From a virus (Duplodnaviria; Caudoviricetes): DNA of 64,000 nucleotides. Positions within the stretch are counted from its first letter, which is position 1. Each line of letters opens with the position of its first letter. The notes beneath the pieces were generated by a model, which did no database searches, was not told the DNA's origin, and saw only the letters and a list, made by a program, of their open reading frames with translations. Shown here piece by piece: positions 19,520 to 29,305 of this stretch. Where the stretch lies: positions 1 through 64,000 of IMG/VR virus record IMGVR_UViG_3300014204_000002, one strand, 5' to 3'. A program made the translations under genes and the position numbers.

Positions 19520-19576
19520 CAAATTGCTCTAATTAACAATAGTTTTATATAAACATAGTCGCTACTTGTACGTACT

Positions 19577-19759
19577 ATGTCTTATGATGACAAAACTGCC
19601 GGTGACATTGCCGGTGAAAAACTCGAAGCAGAACTTGCCACGGCAAAACCCGGCGCATTTAATCGCTTCAAAGTAAACGTGTCGGATCTCGCGTATAGGT
19701 GCACTTTTGGTAAAGTTGGAACGGCTAAACCGACGCCATCCTGCCCTTATACGAAGTGA
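19577..19759 (+). CDS. hypothetical protein
   Basis: 60 aa; TTTTATATA box upstream. Confidence 0.5.
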   Translation: MSYDDKTAGDIAGEKLEAELATAKPGAFNRFKVNVSDLAYRCTFGKVGTAKPTPSCPYTK

Positions 19760-19768
19760 GGCAATCCC

Positions 19769-20611
19769 ATGTATAAAATTTTATTTTTGATCGCTCTTTT
19801 AATTGTTGCACCAGTTAGCGCAATTGAAGGATCTCAACTTAATGTTACGATTGGGGGTGGTGGCGGTGCGTTTATTACTCACGGCGATCATTATAGCGAG
19901 GCATCGGGCGCGTCACTTGGCTTCATAACTGGCAACGAAAACTACCAGTATCAGGCTGCCGGAACCCATATTGTTACTCTTGGAGGAACAAGCTATGCCG
20001 AAACCGACAAATATGATAATCGAATTAAGAACACTGTAAATGTCAAAAACGAACTCATTTACGATAGTCAGGCAGTTGTAGATAATACATATGCATTAGT
20101 TGATAATAGGGCATATATTCCTGATATGGAATGCACGGCTGGAAACTTGCCAACGGCAGGATCAAATGTCGGTCCTAATGGCACGCTGATCGTAGAAGGT
20201 CAGACTCCCTCGTATCAGTCGGTAGAAGTGCATTATGATGGTGCTATGGCCGGTGGTGGAAAGTATCGAACTAACGGCGTGATTGACGATTCGAACTTAA
20301 CGTCCTCAATGCGTGCAGTCAGTTACGGAGATGCTGGATCAGTGACCGCAAATTACGCAGTAACTGCAGAAGCAGGCTATAATAGTTCAAACAATGATGT
20401 TAACTTCAGAAAGCAGGACTACGGACACACGACTTGGATTGCCCGTGATAACATGACGTATGAAGCAGAGTTCGACCTTGAATACAAGGATTACAGCAAG
20501 GCTCTGCAGGCTTCAGAAGAGACGTCGAACAGCAGTATAGTTGTAGGAAATGAAACAATCGCATTCGGCAACGAGACTGTTACCAATGCTACGGTTACAA
20601 ATACCACCTAA
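19769..20611 (+). CDS. secreted/surface glycoprotein
   Basis: Signal peptide MYKILFLIALLIVAPVSA; many N-x-S/T sequons, clustered at the C-terminus. Confidence 0.7.
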   Translation: MYKILFLIALLIVAPVSAIEGSQLNVTIGGGGGAFITHGDHYSEASGASLGFITGNENYQYQAAGTHIVTLGGTSYAETDKYDNRIKNTVNVKNELIYDSQAVVDNTYALVDNRAYIPDMECTAGNLPTAGSNVGPNGTLIVEGQTPSYQSVEVHYDGAMAGGGKYRTNGVIDDSNLTSSMRAVSYGDAGSVTANYAVTAEAGYNSSNNDVNFRKQDYGHTTWIARDNMTYEAEFDLEYKDYSKALQASEETSNSSIVVGNETIAFGNETVTNATVTNTT

Positions 20612-21170
20612 TTTTTAAGGAGTTAAATTTGATGAGTTAATATGACTCTTCAACAATACCTATCTTTTTATATTCGTAACTATAACTACATCATATGCAT
20701 GATTCACAGCAATCTATGGATAGTCTGGCGCGCTCTATCGAAACACTTGCGGCAGAAGTAAAACACCTTTATGAAGAAATGGAATTATTGAAAATGAGGA
20801 TACCACGATGCCCTTGTGGAAACACTATGGTCTCAATGGAAATTGAAAACTTCAAATGACACCAGATCAAAAGATCGCCCTTATAAAAGCGCTCAATCCA
20901 AGTTAAGTTTAAATACTTATCACTCTTATTTTTTAGTTATGTGGAATTGGGTCCGTAAGTATTTTAAAAAATCTCGTGGGTGGCACATTCTTTATAAATA
21001 TAGAAATGGCCGATTAGTTGACGACGAAGACCGGTGGGAAATTGAAGCATTTCAGGGTGTTGGATTTATGAAACGATATGGTATTCACGAAGTAATTCAT
21101 GAAGATGGCACTATATCTTATCAACATACCTGTAAAACAACTCGACGCGGCAAAATACTTATGAATTTAT

Positions 21171-21455
21171 ATGACTAAAAATATCAGTAATGACCTATTA
21201 TTAGCAATCCAGATATACCGGGATCAACCTAAAGCGTGGTTTGGTAAACTGGCCGAAGAATTATCAGGAATCATGGATAAAGACGAGGTTTCTCATTCTC
21301 TGGACATATTATTCGATTGGGGAATTGTCTTTGGTGAATATGGCCCGACTGCTGATGGCCGCGCTGGAAGACTGCTATTCATCGATGAAAGCGCTGAACA
21401 CATCATCAAAGAACTCGATGAGTTGGAGAAACAATTTCCTCAAATCATAAGTTAA
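21171..21455 (+). CDS. putative winged-helix protein
   Basis: WFGKLAEEL...VSHSLDILFDWGIV...GRAGRLLFI pattern. Confidence 0.55.
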   Translation: MTKNISNDLLLAIQIYRDQPKAWFGKLAEELSGIMDKDEVSHSLDILFDWGIVFGEYGPTADGRAGRLLFIDESAEHIIKELDELEKQFPQIIS

Positions 21456-21477
21456 GTTTAAAACATACATTTAAAAT

Positions 21478-21969
21478 TTATGTAAAATAAGCATTTATTA
21501 TATGCTGAATTGTAGCATCTTCTATATTATACCATTCTCCTGATATTTTATAATCTGATAACAATGCGTGTAACTTTGTTTCTTCTCGTAATGCGGTTTC
21601 TACTCTTTTGTATGCTATATATTTTAACTCTGATGAGTTTGAACATTTATGTGATTTAATTCTTTTATTTAAATTTTTAGTCATTCCTATTTTATACTTT
21701 GTTGATCCGACTTCATTTAGTAAGTAAATATATCCAGATGAATCTCTTTCTTCTATAGGATTATCTCGTAAAAATTGTATCACATCGTTCATAATGTCAG
21801 GTTTGAGGTTATATAATTCATTAAGTAAAAATACTTCTAATTTTGGATGGCTATCTATTGCAAATTTCATCGCTACTACGGGATGTGCATATGTACCACC
21901 ATATCTTCCGCGTTTTGTTTGTATCACAGGTTTAAAATCGACCGACATGCAAATCAGATTTGTTATCAA
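21478..21969 (-). CDS. partial KilA-N fused to T5orf172/GIY-YIG-like domain
   Basis: GRYGGTYAHPVVAMKFA (KilA-N C-terminal half); GYIYLL...YKIGMT...GEWY. The KilA-N N-terminal half is missing. Confidence 0.75.
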   Translation of the reverse strand: MITNLICMSVDFKPVIQTKRGRYGGTYAHPVVAMKFAIDSHPKLEVFLLNELYNLKPDIMNDVIQFLRDNPIEERDSSGYIYLLNEVGSTKYKIGMTKNLNKRIKSHKCSNSSELKYIAYKRVETALREETKLHALLSDYKISGEWYNIEDATIQHIINAYFT

Positions 21970-22096
21970 CCCATAAATAGATTCTGGATTGATTGAGGCA
22001 GGATTAACATTTCAAGATAGATTTGATAAATTAACAGAATTATATGATCGGCGCAGGGTCAGATTGCTAGCATAAACGACTAAAATGCGGCCACTC

Positions 22097-22172
22097 TATA
22101 ACAAAAAGAAAGGAAAACTTTCTCCCTGTTATTTTGGGGGTACGCTTAATTGTGTTGTTACACGTATAAAAA
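22097..22172 (-). repeat. dispersed promoter+hairpin unit, copy D (putative small RNA gene)
   Basis: Minus strand TTTTATA...ACACAATTAA...ATAACAGGGAGAAAG-TTTTC-CTTTCTTTTTGTTAT. Confidence 0.7.
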
Positions 22173-22174
22173 TG

Positions 22175-22387
22175 TTAGTAGTGTCTTGAAGATATGATCA
22201 TCCCATTTTCAATTTTGTAATATGGATTTCTGTCTCCAAGACCTTTATCGAGGGTGATTACATAATCGTTGTTGCCCTCTGCTTCGTTTCGTTCTACTTC
22301 CTCAAGGATAAACTTTGCATCCTCTTCTGATTCACCAGCGACAAGCCAGCGTCTTCCGTCTTCATTAATTTTTCTCATGATATTCAA
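22175..22387 (-). CDS. hypothetical protein
   Basis: 70 aa directly after the membrane protein gene. Confidence 0.45.
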   Translation of the reverse strand: MNIMRKINEDGRRWLVAGESEEDAKFILEEVERNEAEGNNDYVITLDKGLGDRNPYYKIENGMIISSRHY

Positions 22388-22690
22388 TTATTCGACACGG
22401 GTGACCGCTGTGTCTGCGGGAGTCTCATAAATTTCGGCATTGACTGTTTTATCAAAGTGAATCAATACGAGGAATGCAATAAACGCATCAGCCAGTTTGA
22501 TCTTCTGGGCATCGGTAACTGTGCCTGCTGTAATCTGCACGAGAGTAATTCCTGCGACACTTAAGAGATCGAGGAAGTTCTGTACAATCGAAAGTGCGTA
22601 TGATGCATCTTTGTACTTGCTCACAATGAAGGGAGAAACAGCAACGAGTATTGCGATGGCACCTTCAAGGACCGGCAGTATATCAGTCAT
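22388..22690 (-). CDS. small membrane protein (holin-like)
   Basis: Two to three hydrophobic segments in 100 aa. Confidence 0.5.
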   Translation of the reverse strand: MTDILPVLEGAIAILVAVSPFIVSKYKDASYALSIVQNFLDLLSVAGITLVQITAGTVTDAQKIKLADAFIAFLVLIHFDKTVNAEIYETPADTAVTRVE

Positions 22691-22780
22691 ACGACAGCAA
22701 TTCTATTTTTTCCTCTTTAATATAATGTTGTTAACTTTTGAGCAAAAATCTATAAATGTTAGTATATCAAAGTTAACATC

Positions 22781-23806
22781 ATGGATCCATTAGTTGCAGT
22801 ATGCATCTCTACATTTAATAGGTTTGCTGATTTACACACTTGCCTTACGTCTATAATGGAGCAGGATTATGTAAATTTAAAAATTATTATATACGATAAC
22901 TATTCTACTGATGAGACAGTCAAATTACTAAAATTGTATGAGGCAACCTTTCCTGAAATGGTAACCGTATTTTACGGCGAAAGAGATCAGCCAAATGCCA
23001 TGATAACACTCAATGCGACGTTTAAAGAGGCCGCGCGAATAGGAGCAGATTATGCTCTGGTAATGGACGACGATGCGTATATACTTGACGATACCGTGAT
23101 ATCAAAACTGGTTGCGTGCATGGTTGACAATGTTGCAATTGTAGGTTCCAACGTCAAATCTGAAGACGGATCATGGCAGATGCCAATCAGAAAGCAAAAT
23201 GGAGAATTTTTATCATCCGAAGAAATAGATGAACTCGGATTGATAGCATATCAAGAGTTTCATGGTGCCTGTGCGTTATTTGACGTTAAAAAATGTGGAA
23301 TTTTTAACTGGTACGACGAGTCTTTTGTAATCTACATGAATGAGTTAGATTTAGCCACGAAAGCACTTAACGCAGGATACAACGTATTATTTAGATCAGA
23401 TGCAGTTGCTTATCATGTTGGCGTAGGCGACAAAAATGCTTGTAACAAACGCGCCTATTACTTTGTCAGAAATTACAATACCGTGCTAACAAGGAATTTC
23501 AGGACGGTGATCAGCAGATTAAAGGCAGTGACGCTTCATACGTTTATGAGTGGTGGTTATTTTGCTGAACGAATTCTTATTCATAATACCTGTAACAATA
23601 GACTTAAGATATTTAACTTCTCATATTTAATGATGCGAGCCTATATTAACGCAGCATATCGAAGTTTCTTTCCTGATGAACGACACCAATTCAAAAATCA
23701 GGACTTCTTTGAACAATCAATGTACAATGGCTTTAAGCGATGCATAGCAGATCGCATGAAATGGATTAAGGGTCGTGAATTAACTGCAACCAAAGGTGTC
23801 CGATGA
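22781..23806 (+). CDS. GT2 family glycosyltransferase
   Basis: VCISTFNR, YDNYSTD, MDDD, FHGAC and ELDL motifs. Confidence 0.92.
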   Translation: MDPLVAVCISTFNRFADLHTCLTSIMEQDYVNLKIIIYDNYSTDETVKLLKLYEATFPEMVTVFYGERDQPNAMITLNATFKEAARIGADYALVMDDDAYILDDTVISKLVACMVDNVAIVGSNVKSEDGSWQMPIRKQNGEFLSSEEIDELGLIAYQEFHGACALFDVKKCGIFNWYDESFVIYMNELDLATKALNAGYNVLFRSDAVAYHVGVGDKNACNKRAYYFVRNYNTVLTRNFRTVISRLKAVTLHTFMSGGYFAERILIHNTCNNRLKIFNFSYLMMRAYINAAYRSFFPDERHQFKNQDFFEQSMYNGFKRCIADRMKWIKGRELTATKGVR

Positions 23807-24747
23807 ACAGAGTTGGTGTAGCAATTTCTACATGGAATCGCGTAGAAGATCTTGCACGATGTTTAGCGTTGCTATATAGGCAAGATCATTCATTTGATAT
23901 ATTCGTTGTTGATAATTGCAGCTCTGATAATACAGTAGAAGTTCTTAAATTATTTGGATTAGAACAGGAAAAAACATATCGTGTAATGCCTCACTCAAAT
24001 TTTTCTGCAATTTATACAATAAATATGGCGCTTCGTGAATTACAAAATGAATATATTATCATACTTGATGATGATACATTTCTTGAAGATCCGTGTAGTA
24101 TTTCAAAAATGGTTGATGCAGCAGACACTGATCCAAATATTGCAATTGTCGCGTGTAATATTCGTGATAAGTTTGGAAAGATTTCATTTGTATTAAAAAC
24201 TCCAAGATTTGATGCTGTTGATTATAATCAGTATTCTACTGATGCTATTTTTGACATAGATGATTTTAGTGGTGCTTGTACATTATTTAAACGAGAGTTT
24301 GTCGGTCCTGATTTTTACGATGAAAGCTTTAAATTGTATTGGAATGAGCCGGAATTAGCAATTAGAATGGCTGCTAGCGGTCATAGAGTAGTAATTAACC
24401 AGGATATACTCGTAACGCATGGCAGTGATGTTGGTAGAGAATCTTGTAAATCGTTTTACTATGGTTCGCGTAATACTTTTAGACTTATGACAAAAGTTTT
24501 GTCAATAAAACAAAGCCTTGTGTTTACTTGTGTATTAATTCCATTTCATATGTTTCGGTATTTAACAATGCGAAAAGAAAAAAACTTCTTGCGATATCTC
24601 CCAAAAATAATATATGCGCATTTTAAGGCCATTTATAGGTGTTTCTTTGCAAAACGTATTGAGTTTAATGATATAAGTGTGCAACAAAGAGTGAGAGACA
24701 CGTATAATAAATACTTCTTAAAAGAAATATTATATTCAATACAATGA
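23803..24747 (+). CDS. GT2 family glycosyltransferase (paralog)
   Basis: AISTWNR, VDNCSSD, LDDD, FSGAC; ATGA-coupled to the upstream gene. Confidence 0.92.
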   Translation: MNRVGVAISTWNRVEDLARCLALLYRQDHSFDIFVVDNCSSDNTVEVLKLFGLEQEKTYRVMPHSNFSAIYTINMALRELQNEYIIILDDDTFLEDPCSISKMVDAADTDPNIAIVACNIRDKFGKISFVLKTPRFDAVDYNQYSTDAIFDIDDFSGACTLFKREFVGPDFYDESFKLYWNEPELAIRMAASGHRVVINQDILVTHGSDVGRESCKSFYYGSRNTFRLMTKVLSIKQSLVFTCVLIPFHMFRYLTMRKEKNFLRYLPKIIYAHFKAIYRCFFAKRIEFNDISVQQRVRDTYNKYFLKEILYSIQ

Positions 24748-25361
24748 AATTAATTTATTTTATTCATGATTATATTTATGAACCATTTTTCAATTTTGTG
24801 TATAGTATTAAGTGGAAATTATTAACTTTTAGGTTATTTAATAAGATATCAAACAAACCACAAATAATATATATATCATTTATTAATGGCGGTGGACTTG
24901 CGTTACACATTTCTGATTTATTAAATAACATGAATAATTATGAAATGTGGTTATTTAGAAGCAAAAGATGGATATGGCATGTTTATAAAGGCAACCGAAG
25001 CGTATTTCGATATCCTGAAAACATGAATCTATTAGATGTAATTAATTTTATAAATCCAGATATTATTCACATCCATCAATTAAGTGAAACATTGTGGGAA
25101 TTACCACATGTGCCGTGGGAAAAATGCATAGTAACTACGCACGATGTGTATTATATGTGCCCGAAGTATTTTATGACTGAGTGCATGGGTACAAGATTTT
25201 GTCATCCATCTCTATGTAGCAAAGAATGGAGAGAAAAAATGCATTATATTTTAAGAACATGCAAAAAAGTAATTTGCCCATCTACTGCGATGAAAGATAT
25301 TATTTTATTTTATTATCCAGACATCGAAGAAAAAATTGTAATTATTGAACACGGGATTTAA
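24744..25361 (+). CDS. GT-B (GT4-like) glycosyltransferase N-terminal domain
   Basis: GGG..H, PDIIHIH, TTHD..YMCP, VICPS, ends IEHGI. Confidence 0.8.
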   Translation: MKLIYFIHDYIYEPFFNFVYSIKWKLLTFRLFNKISNKPQIIYISFINGGGLALHISDLLNNMNNYEMWLFRSKRWIWHVYKGNRSVFRYPENMNLLDVINFINPDIIHIHQLSETLWELPHVPWEKCIVTTHDVYYMCPKYFMTECMGTRFCHPSLCSKEWREKMHYILRTCKKVICPSTAMKDIILFYYPDIEEKIVIIEHGI

Positions 25362-25362
25362 T

Positions 25363-25860
25363 ATGTTAAACGTAGCATATGTTGGTGCGTTATATCACGC
25401 CAAAGGATCATTCAATTTGTTTAGTTTGTTATTACAAGATTTGCCAGTTAAATGGTTTGTTATTGGATGGGTCGCATCTTATGATGAATCTCTTAAAAAT
25501 GCAACTGTATACGGGTCATACAAAACAAGAACTGAATTATATGATATGTTAGATATATATAACATTGATTTAGTAATTATGCCAAATGAATGCCACGAGT
25601 CTTTTTCATATACGATGAGTGAAGTCTGGGAATGCGGAATTCCAATTTTGGGCACTAATAGAGGCGCAATTCAAAGTCGCATAGAAGAATCTGGATGTGG
25701 CTGGATATCCGATCCCAAATTAATGGGCGAAAAGTTAAGGTGGCTTGATGGCAATCCAGATGAATTTAATAGAGTGTTGTCTATTGCTCACTTATATAAA
25801 GTTCCTACACTAATTGATATGTGTAACAATTATAACAAATTATATGAGGAATTATGTTAA
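25363..25860 (+). CDS. GT-B (GT4-like) glycosyltransferase C-terminal domain
   Basis: ATG 1 nt after the upstream stop; YVGAL..AKG and ESFSYTMSE (E-x7-E). Confidence 0.82.
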   Translation: MLNVAYVGALYHAKGSFNLFSLLLQDLPVKWFVIGWVASYDESLKNATVYGSYKTRTELYDMLDIYNIDLVIMPNECHESFSYTMSEVWECGIPILGTNRGAIQSRIEESGCGWISDPKLMGEKLRWLDGNPDEFNRVLSIAHLYKVPTLIDMCNNYNKLYEELC

Positions 25861-27359
25861 CTGCACTGGTCGTGATGTATAATGCCGAAAAGCAATTAGA
25901 TGCTCGGTTTAAATCGCTTTGGTTCTGTGATGAGATTATAGCAATTGACATAGGAAGTAAAGATAATTCAGTTAATATTGCTAAAAAATATAACTGTATT
26001 ATTAAACATCATGAATGGGTTCCTATGGGGGAACTAGCATGGACGCATTATATAGAAGAAGCAAAAAATGATTGGATAATAATAGCAGACCCAGATGAAG
26101 TAATTAGTCCGTGTTTAGCAAATAAAATTATTGCGCTATTATCTAATGCAGAACTTGATGTCGGAACTATATCTCTGCCATATAGGCACCATTTATTGAG
26201 AAAAAGAATAGATATTTCTATGTGGGGAGAAATTCATCACGTAGATAAAATATTTAATCGTAGTAGAGTAGATGTTACTTGTGTTGTGCATCGTCCATTT
26301 GTACTAAAGACAGGATTTAAAAATATACGGATTACCACTGATAAAACTGACGATAGTGAGGTTGTATTACATTATCCTGCAGAAAGCATAATATTTTTGT
26401 TGCTGAAACTTTTTAGATATTCAATAATGGAGGGAGAAGCAAGATTTAAACGAGGAGAAGTTTGGACATTTCGTAATTCTGTATATGCTATTGCAAGAAG
26501 TGTATATTATCATTTTGGAACTACTCATGGGTTGCGAGGCTTATCAGGAATATTTTTAGGATCTTTATTTGTGCTGTATGATGTTGTTTCTCAATTTATG
26601 TTGTTTTTGTATCAACGCAAATATAATCAAGGCAAATTGGAAATATTACAGATAGAGCCCACTAGAAGGTGTAATATGTCATGTAGGCATTGTAATAGAA
26701 AAGATAACACTGGTTATATTTCAATTGAAGCATTTAAGCATCTTTTATCTATATATCCTTATATAAACACTATAAAAATACAAGGACTTGGAGAACCGTT
26801 ACTACACCCTAATATTAATAAACTAATTCAACTATCTAGGAATCATGGATCAAAAGTAATGATTATTACAAATGGATCTCTTCCGATTCCAGAAGATATT
26901 GATTATGTAATAGTTTCATTAGAAACGATGAATCCTGATAAATATCAAGCACTGCGCGGGTATGATATTAACAAAGTATTGCAAAATATTATAGAAATTT
27001 CACAGAAGCAAAAAATAACAATTAATTGTGTGCAAACTCACTTAACGACTCCTAATGATGTAGAGCAGGTTAAAAAGTTTGCTACTTCAATTAATGTTGA
27101 CGTCTGGATTACCGCAATGGAAGTATGGGAAGATGTAAATCATGTAGATTATATAAATTCTCGCGAAAATGCTATGAAAGCACACTCTATACATGGGATC
27201 GCGTTAGGCAATAAACGAAAACAAGCCTGCCAATGGATGAAAAAATATAGATATTATGATTATTTAGGAAGAGAGCATCCATGTTGTATTCGTATGACTG
27301 ACGATTATATATTAAGCAATGTAAACCTAGAAGAGTGTTGTAAGGAGTGTCCATTATGA
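25854..27359 (+). CDS. GT2 glycosyltransferase-radical SAM fusion
   Basis: N-terminal YNAE...DIGSKD...DPDE; C-terminal CNMSCRHC, QGLGEPLLHP, ITNG and a SPASM/twitch-like C...HPCC...CKEC. Confidence 0.85.
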   Translation: MLTALVVMYNAEKQLDARFKSLWFCDEIIAIDIGSKDNSVNIAKKYNCIIKHHEWVPMGELAWTHYIEEAKNDWIIIADPDEVISPCLANKIIALLSNAELDVGTISLPYRHHLLRKRIDISMWGEIHHVDKIFNRSRVDVTCVVHRPFVLKTGFKNIRITTDKTDDSEVVLHYPAESIIFLLLKLFRYSIMEGEARFKRGEVWTFRNSVYAIARSVYYHFGTTHGLRGLSGIFLGSLFVLYDVVSQFMLFLYQRKYNQGKLEILQIEPTRRCNMSCRHCNRKDNTGYISIEAFKHLLSIYPYINTIKIQGLGEPLLHPNINKLIQLSRNHGSKVMIITNGSLPIPEDIDYVIVSLETMNPDKYQALRGYDINKVLQNIIEISQKQKITINCVQTHLTTPNDVEQVKKFATSINVDVWITAMEVWEDVNHVDYINSRENAMKAHSIHGIALGNKRKQACQWMKKYRYYDYLGREHPCCIRMTDDYILSNVNLEECCKECPL

Positions 27360-27907
27360 TTATAGACAACAACGTAGAAGGTTGGATAAGTCCAATTGAA
27401 GGATCTGTTTTACAGATTTTTGCAAGTAAATGTATTGCTGGATGTATCGTGAATATTGGGTGCTTCAAAGGAAAGTCACTTGATTGTATAATAAATGGTA
27501 TAAAAACGCACAATGCTACCGAGCCTGTGATATACGCAATAGACATAGAAATACGACCAGAAGTTAAACCATTAGCACATTATGGCGTGATTTTGATCGA
27601 AGGATCTTCTTATGATCCAGATGTATGCAATACGATACCTGATACCATAGAGTTGGTATTTGTTGATGGAGATCATTCGTATGGAGGATGTAAACAGGAT
27701 TTAGAAATTTATTGGAGTAAACTTATTTCTGGAGGTATCATGATGGTTCATGATAGTTATGATACCGGTGGAAAAATTTGCGAGCCGTGGGTCGTTAGGG
27801 CAACTCAAGAATTTGTAAAACAACATATGAATGAATTTGTTCCGGACAACTGGTATACTACTCCAGTTCACAGGGTTGATAGCACCTTGATAATACAAAA
27901 GATATAA
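27347..27907 (+). CDS. class I SAM methyltransferase (Methyltransf_24-like)
   Basis: NIGCFKGKS, FVDGDHSY and GGIMMVHD. Confidence 0.85.
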   Translation: MSIMIIDNNVEGWISPIEGSVLQIFASKCIAGCIVNIGCFKGKSLDCIINGIKTHNATEPVIYAIDIEIRPEVKPLAHYGVILIEGSSYDPDVCNTIPDTIELVFVDGDHSYGGCKQDLEIYWSKLISGGIMMVHDSYDTGGKICEPWVVRATQEFVKQHMNEFVPDNWYTTPVHRVDSTLIIQKI

Positions 27908-27933
27908 TCAGGTTAAATAACGTAAACACTTAA

Positions 27934-28197
27934 ATGATTAACATGGTAGATATTACGATTAAGAAGGGGCTTGTTGATGCTGCAGGAAAGCCAGTTAATG
28001 GCGCGTATATTAGCAATCTTGCTCCTTCTAAAATTATATACACTGGATTCGTTGAATCCGAAATTGAAACGATTAAGAAGTGGGCACTTAAGGTAGGCGC
28101 AGTATTCGAGCAGAAGTCCGGCAAAGTAAAGGAAGAGCCAAAATATTTTGCAAAAGATACGACCGAATTGCCAGTTGAAGATTTGTTTCCTGAATAA
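27934..28197 (+). CDS. hypothetical protein
   Basis: 87 aa; TTAAATAA box upstream. Confidence 0.55.
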   Translation: MINMVDITIKKGLVDAAGKPVNGAYISNLAPSKIIYTGFVESEIETIKKWALKVGAVFEQKSGKVKEEPKYFAKDTTELPVEDLFPE

Positions 28198-28234
28198 ACC
28201 TAACTTTTTATTCTTTCCCATCAAATGTTAAGGT

Positions 28235-28921
28235 ATGCAACAATTTAATGTTGACACACCATATGATGGATTTATTGCGATATTCAATCATATAATGAGT
28301 AAGCATGAGTTATTTGTCTCCGAAGATGGCGATCAGTCATATCTTGGCGAGACTGTTTGTATCCACATACATGATCCATTAAAAGATCATGATAAGTTAA
28401 TAGAAGTGTCGTGTCAAGGACAGCAATCTTTTGATTATTACAAGGAGCAACTTGTAGAAGGTAAACACATTAAACAAGAAGATCCAGAAGATGAAGCCGA
28501 ATACACATATCATGGCCGTTTATTTGAATATGAGTACGAGTCAGGAGAATTTGGATCTACGAATCAAATTGAAAAAATTGTGCAAAAGTTAACAAAGTCT
28601 CCATATTCAAGGCGCGCTGTTGCAGTTACTTGGCAGCCATGGAACGATATTAACGCGCAAGATCCTCCGTGCATGGACATCCTTAAATTTAGCATTAAAA
28701 AAGGAAAAGGGTGCCTAACCGTGTTATTTAGATCACATGACGCGCTCAAAGCATGGCCTCAAAATGAGTATGCTATAAGTTATTTACTACAGTCGGTCTG
28801 CGATCAATTGGGCATTAGAGTTGGCTGGCTCGAAATCATATCCTGTGATCCTCACGTCTACATTAAGGCCGATCAAGATCTTGTAAAAGCAACATATGCC
28901 AAAATAGGTAAACATATTTAA
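28235..28921 (+). CDS. thyA: thymidylate synthase, archaeal/methanogen type
   Basis: YTYHGRL, SRRA, catalytic PPCM, FRSHD...N and HVY. Confidence 0.85.
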   Translation: MQQFNVDTPYDGFIAIFNHIMSKHELFVSEDGDQSYLGETVCIHIHDPLKDHDKLIEVSCQGQQSFDYYKEQLVEGKHIKQEDPEDEAEYTYHGRLFEYEYESGEFGSTNQIEKIVQKLTKSPYSRRAVAVTWQPWNDINAQDPPCMDILKFSIKKGKGCLTVLFRSHDALKAWPQNEYAISYLLQSVCDQLGIRVGWLEIISCDPHVYIKADQDLVKATYAKIGKHI

Positions 28922-29305
28922 CTTAGTTAATACATATAACTAAGTTACTTTGAAGTTACCTTGTTTGCTGTGCAATGACGAATCAGATGGTAGGAAACAC
29001 AAAAATAAGGTTCTTATGCCTTATATCGAGGGTATTGGATACCTATGTTTGCAATGCGGTAACACGAATCCTTGGAAGAGGCCGTATAAGAGGAAAAATG
29101 GCACGAAAAACAAATGAAGAATTTAACAAATTGAATGATGCCCCGGAAGTTACCCTGGAAGTTAGTATATGCGCGTGTGATAAACTCGTGGAAATTGGAT
29201 TTCATCGATGTAAAGATGATGTGATTTACATTATGTTCTTATGTGAGGAATGTCAAAAGATTAGGATTAAGAAGTACAATTTGACACTTCTGGATGAGAT
29301 GAAAT

